DNA from: Oopsacas minuta
Taxonomy: Eukaryota; Animalia; Porifera
Direction: 5' to 3'
Length of the DNA: 6,380 nt
Assembly: GCA_024704765.1 (NCBI GenBank)
Contig: JAKMXF010000162.1
Location: forward strand, 5,230 to 11,609
Each line of letters starts with the position of its first letter. The stretch's first letter is position 1. This document shows, in pieces, positions 1 through 6,380 of this stretch. The position numbers and the translations under genes are program-made. The notes under the pieces were generated by a model. The model was not told where the DNA came from and did not search any database. It was given only the letters and a program-made list of their open reading frames with translations.

Positions 1-73
1 GGGGAATGAATGAATGATGCATTTATACGAAAATTCAGAAATTCCACCATTTTCCACAATTCAGTCAGACCCT

Positions 74-226
74 TAAATATAATGTCTATATTTACCTAAC
101 TTATTTGATTCTGTGTTAATTTCGGTGATCAAACCTCATTTTAGAGAACAAACAAGAATCAGAAGAATTAGCTAGACTAGTGGAGAGTCTTGCTACAGCA
201 TGGAGTATGATTGGAGAAGATGTGAA
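74..226 (+). repeat. Direct repeat with 6234-6380 (homologous intron plus exon start of the two gene copies)
   Basis: 147-226 = 6301-6380 (80/80). Intron 74-144 aligns by eye to 6234-6298 at about 52/65 aligned bases with two small indels. Confidence 0.95.
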
Positions 227-406
227 GAAGAATGGACGTCTCACAATGGAAGAATCTCTAGAACAACAAGAAATAACTCCTGCTACTTCTCTAGCTTACC
301 TGCTCCCCTCCTCAACAGGAGATGGAGTGCTGATCACCTCACTCACTGACTATCTAGTGCTAATACACAACTCATTTGTACACGTCTACAGAGACAGAAT
401 GAAGTG
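145..406 (+). CDS. RNF213: RNF213-like, copy 1, exon A (C-terminal region)
   Basis: Acceptor cattttAG at 143-144, donor GTATGT at 407. Open frame (E)NKQESEELARLVESLATAWSMIGEDVKKNG...LAYLLPSSTGDGVLITSLTDYLVLIHNSFV, resembling recalled RNF213 'VFLSTWNKL...LLPRRRGLGLCATALVSYLIRLHNEIV'. Phase 1 start, phase 2 end. Confidence 0.88.
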
Positions 407-470
407 GTATGTATCAATTTATTAAATGATATGTCTATAGACATGTCTCATATTATTCTCATTGTATTAG

Positions 471-750
471 GTCTCGTAGTAATAAGATACCACTCCGTGA
501 ATTGAATATGAGTCATGTGATTGAGTATGAGGAACGTCTGCAGCCTCTACTCCTGTCACATGCTCACTACTCACTAGCTCTCGGACAAGGAAGTCAAGTG
601 ACATATGACTTTGAGGGAATAGAACAGCAATTAATAGAACAATTCATTCAGAACAAACCTCTTATTTTAGCAGAACATCTCCGCTTTGAGTACACTCGTG
701 AGGCTTACAACCTGGGTGTGTTTGAGCAGGTGCGACACAAAGTTCAGCAG
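471..750 (+). CDS. RNF213: RNF213-like, copy 1, exon B
   Basis: 64-nt intron 407-470 (GT..AG), donor GTGAGT at 751. HVIEYEERLQPLLLSHAHYSL...YDFEGIEQQLIEQFIQNKPLI resembles recalled RNF213 'HVISYEVERDLTPLILSNCQY...FDLEKIQRQIVSRFLQGKPRL'. Phase matches exon A (TG|G = Trp). Confidence 0.92.
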
Positions 751-821
751 GTGAGTAACTTCCAGGACAATACTCTCAGTTTCATACTATTTCCTTAATA
801 AAATCTCATTTTCTCTGATAG

Positions 822-1031
822 ACTGAACTGAAGGAGAATTTGTGGAAACTAATACAGAAAGATATGGACTCTCTGGAATCAGTTAGTGCTGTTCTCCTAC
901 TACTAGATGTAGTGATTGGATTCTTATCATCAGCAGGAGGAGATCCAGAACAGAAATTGTCTTCATATCTTTTTGATGTTCTAAAATACTCTTATACGTC
1001 AGAAGGAGCTGGTCCTCTAAAGAGCAGAAGA
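822..1031 (+). CDS. RNF213: RNF213-like, copy 1, exon C
   Basis: 71-nt intron 751-821, donor GTATGT at 1032, phase 0/0. LLLLDVVIGFLSSAGGDPEQKLSSYLFDVLK resembles recalled 'LSVVEVTLGFLSTAGGDPNMQLNVYTQDILQ'. Confidence 0.92.
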
Positions 1032-1507
1032 GTATGTATAATTGTATATATGTATCCAATTATTGTCAAATCTCGCTATAAGCGATGTTTCGTTGTACGC
1101 GGAGTAAACTCAATTATTTTTCAAGAAATAGGTGGGTAAAGAATTTCCTTCCTTCTGCGCGCGGTAATTTGAAATCTCTAATTTCTAGTTGGAATATTTG
1201 GGGTATAGATGTGCACCTATTGTCTACAATTATTCTATAGTGATACAACTGCGTACAATGAATTATACTTTCCCATCCTCAATGCAATTTATAGAGATAC
1301 TGGAGAACATCATGGACTTCCAGTGTATACATAATAGTGATTATATAATGCATGTGCTATCAGATGATATATTTTCACATCCAGATAGATTCTATAGCAA
1401 TTAAGTTACAAATACAAGTTGCAATTGGATCAGACTCCAGGCTTCATGCCTACATCCGACTTGTTTAGCCAACTCATATTTACATTTATCCTCTTCTTTC
1501 TATACAG

Positions 1508-1597
1508 GCAGAGAGTACATTGCGTTTGAAACATATACTGAGCTTTTGGGAATTTGTGTCAATAGAGAAAGCTCGTAAACTTTGTCTCCATGGTCAG
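1508..1597 (+). CDS. RNF213: RNF213-like, copy 1, exon D (not in ORF track)
   Basis: Pyrimidine tract plus cAG at 1506-1507, donor GTGAGT at 1598, 30 codons: AESTLRLKHILSFWEFVSIEKARKLCLHGQ, resembling recalled 'CQLKHTIALWQFLSAHKSEQLL'. Confidence 0.88.
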
Positions 1598-1817
1598 GTG
1601 AGTATTAGAGTATTACTAAATCACCAAATTTACTGTGTTGTTAGATTTAGAATATACCTTTCTAACGTTAAATTTTCCTATTATAATTCATGATAAATAT
1701 GGAATTTAACGAGTTTGAGGAATATCGATTCTACTGTCCCAATTGCCTCCATATATTGGGACATTTTGAAATCGCCAAATTATCACTTGCTCAGATTGTA
1801 ACCTTTTTCCAAAATAG

Positions 1818-1987
1818 ATTCCCTTCTCTTCTCTGAAAGATGAGTTTCAGGAAGTTGTGAGTGAGGAGGAGAAACAACAAATAATACGAAGCTGTAATCA
1901 CTTTCCAGTCGAGAAAATTTTGGTATTTCTTCATGATTTTATTCTCTTCTTTGTGCGAGAGAGAGATGCTGTAGAGAAGGATTTTGG
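1818..1987 (+). CDS. RNF213: RNF213-like, copy 1, exon E (not in ORF track)
   Basis: Acceptor AG 1816-1817, donor GTGAGG at 1988. IPFSSLKDEFQEVVSEEEKQQIIRSCNHFPVEKILVFLHDFILFFVRERDAVEKDF(G), resembling recalled 'EPFGEISSRYKADLS...FLLELHEMII'. Phases fit both neighbours. Confidence 0.85.
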
Positions 1988-2649
1988 GTGAGGACGCGAA
2001 CAATATATAAAAGACAAGTTTATTGAATAATAAAGAAGTACTAATAAGTTTTGATATCCTAAATTCCCTATACAATCTAGTAACTACACAATTCAACTAA
2101 ATATGAACCATAAGGTTAATTAAAAACTACGTGAACGTTACAAATTCTATATTTTCTATATCCGCAGAGTTCATAAAACTTGTATAAATTCTGCATGGGC
2201 ACTCTTTGTCGGCTCATTAACGTTCAATGTACAATGGGTAACACTTTATTTTTTCTATACTAGCCCGGGATGGAAGCACCCCAGAGGATTTGTAACCAGA
2301 GGTGTAACCAGGATGCGGCACATGGTGTACATCCTGAACCTAAATTGAGTGTGTCCGCAAAGTTTTTACATAGAAATGTATTACAGCTTTACAGGTGCGG
2401 TATTGTACATTATTTGATAAAAATTTGTACAATAATAAGGACTTAGATTTGAGAATACGATTTGCGAAGTCAAGTACTGTGTAATGGGATTTACTGATAT
2501 TAGTATACAGATTTCAAACGAAACTCAATAATATATGTGCATAGCATATGATGTGTGTACTGCATATTGGTAGTGCCTTCTAGCTCTAAAATGTTTACTG
2601 CAGATGCCATACCTAAGTAGTTTATTGTATTTAAATTTGATTTTTATAG

Positions 2650-2728
2650 ACTGAAGGAAAGCATAATGGAATATGCTGAAAAGAATGATTGGAAACTCCC
2701 TGAAGGGTTCTGTAAATTTCCTGAAGGA
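2650..2728 (+). CDS. RNF213: RNF213-like, copy 1, exon F (last coding exon, cut off at the N)
   Basis: Acceptor tttttatAG 2648-2649, GG|A completes Gly. LKESIMEYAEKNDWKLPEGFCKFPEG resembles recalled terminal 'LRDTLVSYMQ...MASQFPEEILL'. No stop codon before the N. Confidence 0.82.
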
Positions 2729-2729
2729 N
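2729..2729. other. Single N: probable contig/scaffold junction
   Basis: Only ambiguous base in the window. It coincides with the point where the encoded protein jumps from the RNF213 C-terminus back to the region upstream of the RZ finger. Confidence 0.85.
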
Positions 2730-2944
2730 TCAGACTAATATACCATGCAGCTGTTATGCTATCTTGTAAGAAATATCACAAGCTGTTCCTACCTATTGCT
2801 TTGATATACGAGAACCCTCAGACTCTACAGGACAGATTATTTCCTACTATGATGGATGATCAGTTCAATTCCGCAAAAGCTGCAATTGGAGAATCAGGAA
2901 ATTGGTATCAATGTCCTAACGGTCATCCTTACTTCATTGGATAT
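2730..2944 (+). CDS. RNF213: RNF213-like, copy 2, exon G (5' end missing; N-terminal half of RZ finger)
   Basis: RLIYHAAVMLSCKK...LFPTMMDDQ...GNWYQCPNGHPYFIGY, resembling recalled 'MAIHAAAVLLCG...FLPTMPED...HWYTCPNGHPCSVGE'. Consensus donor GTAAGT at 2945, phase 0. Confidence 0.92.
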
Positions 2945-3742
2945 GTAAGTGCTAGGGGTGGCATAGCCTCAGCCCTCAGGCTCTGTTGCGCTTTTGAATC
3001 TGATCACAAAAACTAGTTAGATTGGGGTGTTTTATCAAATATACACTCCCTGACCAAAAATATTCATATTAACAGGCTATTAAATTCTTGAGAAAACCAA
3101 AAATATATTTGCTACTCTGGTTGAACCCTCTTCAATTTTGGTGCGCACTCCATCACTCCATTTACATCCATAAAGACTACATTAGGCCTGTACTAGATAA
3201 TTGGTACCGAATTGGACCATTGCATTTTCGTGAAAATGTCGAATTGGCAACGTACAACAGTTTCAACAAATCCTTTTGTAGCACTGTTCAACGCTGATTT
3301 TCCTCTGTTTTGAATAGAATTTTATTCTATGTTAACAAAATGCTGATTCCAAAAATAGAGTTCGCTTTCCTCCATTACGGAATATTAAAATTGCTAAAAC
3401 ATCAGAAATTTTTTACTGAATCATGAAGTACTCAAGGGCAACCGTTGTATATTTTGATAAATTATATGTTCAAAATTAACTTCAAGTTGGTAAGAAGAAT
3501 ATTTGTGTAAATATATAATAGATTAATTGCGTTTTAACAGTGCAGATAAATATATGTTTGTATGTCCAGAATTGATTCAAGAAACTGGAGAGCTGATTTT
3601 GGTATACAGGAGTAATTTGGTCCTGGCTCGGACAAATTCGAGTCTTGGAAGAAAATTCACACCTATGATGAAATTTTGACGTCATTGTCACCTTTTTGGA
3701 TTTTCCGAAAAATTACATTATTAATCATTGCTCAGTCAATAT

Positions 3743-3980
3743 CAGGGTTGCTGTGGGAATTGAATTTCAACTCCTATTCCTATCCCATTCCCATAGGAAT
3801 CCTGTGGGAATCGCCATGGGCAGTACCCAAGCGCCATGGAACGTCTCTCGATGTTACCTACAATTATTTTTCTAAATATGCTATCAACACTATCATGAAT
3901 ATGAGATAACCTTTTCTCAGGGATTCCGATGAAAATTCCCACAATAGTCCAATAGGATTCCCACTCCCACGACAACCCTG
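3743..3980. mobile_element. hAT-type non-autonomous element (MITE), 238 bp
   Basis: TIRs CAGGGTTGCTGTGGGA versus revcomp CAGGGTTGTCGTGGGA (14/16). 8-bp flanks GTCAATAT (3735-3742) and GCCAATAT (3981-3988), 7/8 identical, fit a TSD. Subterminal GGGAAT/ATTCCC motifs are repeated. No transposase. Confidence 0.85.
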
Positions 3981-4607
3981 GCCAATATACATGATAGACG
4001 TTTAAAAATTGAATCACAAATACCCCTCAATGTGACAAATTTCCTGAAGTCATGATTCTGAACAAAACTTAACTCATCATGGGGTTATTACGTCACAAAA
4101 TAAATCCAAATTTCGAAACATTTCTCAATTTCTTAATACCCGACTAAGTGCTAAGATTACTAACCAAAAGTGACATAGCATCTCCAGTGTCACCACAGAA
4201 GGTCATTGAATGTAATTTGGATGGATTATGGATATTAAAATCTTTTAACTATTCTGTGAATTCGAGGGACGTAGTGCAGAGTATATTCTGTCGCGTAGCG
4301 GCCAAAAGCACTAAGAAATTTATCCTTTTAATATTTAAGCTAATCTGTAGCACTAAGCTGTCGCACAGCGACCTGACAAGCCAACCACGCTAGTACAGGT
4401 TAATTTGAACGTAAATAATTCAACTATAGTTCCAATTTCGCAAAATTCTTCAAATACCAACTCGATAAACATGCAACTATCATGTGAATTAACATTTTAA
4501 GCAATAAGTAGCGTATGTAAACACTATATCGAGCCTTTAAATGGTTTTATTACTAAGCGAACAATCATATATATTAGTTTAAATGATTGTTTATACAAGT
4601 TGTAATT

Positions 4608-4641
4608 ATTAGTAACGAGCCTTTGGCTCGTCGCTTCGCGA
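4608..4641 (-). mobile_element. Possible Helitron-like 3' end
   Basis: Minus strand reads TCGCGAAGCGACGAGCC-AAA-GGCTCGT-TA-CTAA-T: GC-rich 7-bp hairpin followed by CTRR and T, in an AT-rich intron. 5' end not identified, and the hairpin-to-CTRR spacing is shorter than typical. Confidence 0.35.
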
Positions 4642-5125
4642 TGAACTCAGCGCCATGCGCCTCGAGGAATTTAACGAAAAACAACAATTGAGATTTAATA
4701 ATATTGATGTTGTTTACAATATTCAGACTCAGCATACTCGATTACCCAAGTATAGTCGTTGAAAGTATGATTCTACCTCAATTTTGAAATTTGTTTACTT
4801 TATATTCATAAAAACAACATTAAATGTGCATATGATTAAATATTTGTATTGATTGTAGATTGCAATTCTATTGGCCAATAAACTTTATTATGTAGACACA
4901 AATTTATCACATGATTAATCATATTTTCACACCATATTGTTAACATTCTAAAATTGGCCTAGTGATTAGCTTCCACCGGCTATTTAGGGCTAATCAGGGA
5001 CGTAGAATTCGATTCTGACACTTTCAACTGCAGAACACGATTATTTATATAAAATAATAATTCTTTTGCTATGATTGCTATTTAGTAGAATAACAATAGT
5101 TTCAATAATCCATTGAAATTTGTAG

Positions 5126-5298
5126 TTTGGCAGTGCAGTAACTAGCTACGTTTGTGCTGATTGTGGGTGTAAAATTGGAGGAACAGATTACAAGTTAAAC
5201 CGTCGGGATAAACTACTTGATCAAACTAAAGATGGTACTAAAACTGGATATCTGTTAGGACCTGTTAAACATGTTAGAGGTTTGCAAACTAGTGACAG
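5126..5298 (+). CDS. RNF213: RNF213-like, copy 2, exon H (C-terminal half of RZ finger; not in ORF track)
   Basis: Acceptor tgtAG 5124-5125, donor GTATAT 5299. FGSAVTSYVCADCGCKIGGTDYKL...DGTKTGYLLG...SD(R) resembles recalled 'CGRPMEQSICIDCHAPIGGIDH...DRTQTGHVLG...CDR'. Neighbouring AGs (5085, 5088, 5099, 5133, 5138) give a stop or a frameshift. Confidence 0.9.
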
Positions 5299-5364
5299 GT
5301 ATATACAGCTTGAATTACTTGACACAAATATCATCTATTAAATACCATTATATTAACATTATAG

Positions 5365-5639
5365 GTTGATATCCCCAGCTTCTGTTAAGATAATTCGTAT
5401 CCTGATGGACATCATTTTCATCTGGGCAGCTAGTTCTAGCGCTAAAAACAGGAATCGAATTCTTCTCTCTCTGATGAAAGAAGGATTAAATAATTCAAAA
5501 GATATACCTAACTTCTTTACAGAACATTTAGAAAGAGACTTAACAGATTTATCTGGTCTGACAGGGAAAAGCTTTGAAGAAATTGTTTTCGTTCTCCATT
5601 TGATTATAAAATCAATAATGGAAAATTCGAAGGAGCCCT
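5365..5639 (+). CDS. RNF213: RNF213-like, copy 2, exon I
   Basis: 66-nt intron 5299-5364, donor GTTAGT at 5640. LISPASVKIIRILMD...FFTEHLERDLTDLSGLTGKSFEEIVFVLHLII resembles recalled 'FLQQHILKDLEQLAKMLGHSADETIGVVHLVL'. Confidence 0.9.
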
Positions 5640-5706
5640 GTTAGTCATTAGTATTTAAGGCATTTCAGTGTATATCAATGTATTACTATTCAACGGTTTA
5701 TTGCAG

Positions 5707-5872
5707 GTACGATTCCTACTGAGTTAACACAAAAGGAATTGAGAGAGCAGTGGGAGAGAGAATTTGATAGGAAATTCATTCAACCTATACTCAACTCTAT
5801 AAACACAGATGTACAGAGACAGATGGAGCAGGTGCTGAGTGAGAAGAGGATAGCCAACAATCCTTTACTCAG
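5707..5872 (+). CDS. RNF213: RNF213-like, copy 2, exon J
   Basis: 67-nt intron 5640-5706 (ttgcAG), donor GTTAAT 5873. TELTQKELREQWEREF...SEKRIANNPLL resembles recalled 'TELSTKEMRNNWEKEI...QDKRISSNPVAK'. Confidence 0.9.
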
Positions 5873-5930
5873 GTTAATACAGAGATTAGTATATAAGTTG
5901 AATTATTTATGAATTCTCCTCTCTCTTTAG

Positions 5931-6232
5931 AATGGTATACGAGAGAAATGAACCAGAACCAAACAACCCGTTACCTCATCTATGGCGCTACAGAACTATT
6001 GTGAGTCTGGAGTATTTCTCTCAGAGCTTCAGTACAGCTGATTTAAACACCAAAAACAAGTGTCCATTAGTAGACAAATTCCTGAAAGAAGAAAACAAAT
6101 TATTCGTGACTCGTTACTTACCAGACATTGTACAGCTACAGAGACGAGTAAGAGATAAGTTCCTACACAGATTGGATAGGAGAGAAGCTGCTAATATTTC
6201 TATTAAAGATTTCTTAAATAGAATGAAAACTG
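5931..6232 (+). CDS. RNF213: RNF213-like, copy 2, exon K
   Basis: 58-nt intron 5873-5930 with strong pyrimidine tract, donor GTAAAT 6233. LWRYRTIVSLEYF...CPLVDKFLKEENKLFVTRYLPDIVQLQRRV resembles recalled 'IWSCRKRITVEYL...VPILWHFLQKEAELRLVKFLPEILALQRDL'. Confidence 0.92.
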
Positions 6233-6298
6233 GTAAATATAATATCAATATTTACCTAATTGATTCAGTGATAATCATCGTAATTATATTTCTTTTAG

Positions 6299-6380
6299 AT
6301 AACAAACAAGAATCAGAAGAATTAGCTAGACTAGTGGAGAGTCTTGCTACAGCATGGAGTATGATTGGAGAAGATGTGAA
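6299..6380 (+). CDS. RNF213: RNF213-like, copy 2, exon L (runs off window; counterpart of exon A)
   Basis: 66-nt intron 6233-6298. (D)NKQESEELARLVESLATAWSMIGEDV, with 6301-6380 identical to 147-226. Confidence 0.92.

Larger units (their letters stand above)
2912..5191 (+). other. RZ-type zinc finger split by a phase-0 intron (2945-5125)
   Basis: Spliced peptide C-PNG-H-PYFIGY|F-GSAVTSYV-C-AD-C-GCKIGGTD-Y. Spacing 0/+4/+11/+20/+23/+32 matches the RNF213/ZNFX1 RZ pattern C-x3-H-x6-C-x8-C-x2-C-x8-H. Confidence 0.88.

Noticed and set aside
1189-1404. 71-aa ORF in the 476-nt intron
   Set aside because: No recognisable motif; exons C and D join in phase and collinearly without it.
1791-2096. Minus-strand 101-aa ORF
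   Set aside because: Antisense shadow of exon E (1818-1987), which has splice sites and family similarity on the + strand.
2281-2336. Short repeats (CCAGAGG x2, TGTAACCAG x2) and inverted repeat CAGGATG/CATCCTG (2309-2336)
   Set aside because: Too short, with no TSD or defined ends; cannot be assigned to any element.
2953-2966. TAGGGGTGGCATAG as a hAT-like TIR start
   Set aside because: No matching CACCCCTA-type end found downstream in the window.
2666-3016. 116-aa ORF as a standalone small RZ-finger protein
   Set aside because: It joins a terminal exon, an N, a pre-RZ exon and read-through past the GTAAGT donor at 2945. The tail VSARGG...HKN is intron.
3676-4017. Overlapping ORFs 3676-3909 (+) and 3742-4017 (-)
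   Set aside because: They overlie the MITE. The W/G/I/P-rich content reflects GGGAAT/ATTCCC repeats and shows no transposase motifs.
3088-4393. Short ORFs 3088-3297, 3482-3691 and 4148-4393
   Set aside because: Intronic, non-ATG starts or low-information composition, no recognisable domain.
4963-4996. 8-bp inverted repeat TGATTAGC/GCTAATCA
   Set aside because: Isolated short stem with no supporting context.
4265-5005. AGGGACGTAG present twice (4265-4274, 4996-5005)
   Set aside because: A single 10-mer match in 2 kb without extended flanking homology is compatible with chance.
1-6380. Prokaryotic defence system, CRISPR array or RNA genes
   Set aside because: No regularly spaced repeats, operon-like ORFs or tRNA/rRNA signatures. 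The coding content is explained by spliced eukaryotic exons.

Overview
Eukaryotic (metazoan-like), AT-rich genomic DNA, not prokaryotic. The window holds two partial + strand copies of the C-terminal part of an RNF213 (mysterin)-like E3 ligase gene, built from GT-AG exons with mostly 58-71 nt introns. Copy 1 (exons 145-2728) encodes the extreme C-terminal region and stops at a single N (2729) about 20 aa short of the expected end. After the N the sequence jumps back to an earlier part of the protein: copy 2 (2730-6380) encodes the RZ zinc finger and following helical region and ends in an exon almost identical to the first exon of copy 1 (offset 6154). The most notable observation is that copy 2's RZ finger keeps all four Zn ligands but has Phe at the catalytic Cys position and Tyr at the partner His position, in otherwise intact reading frames. 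The 2.2 kb intron splitting the RZ finger carries a hAT-type MITE and Helitron-like end motifs. Family assignment rests on recalled RNF213 sequence, not a database search. Whether the duplication is real or two uncollapsed haplotypes cannot be decided from this window.
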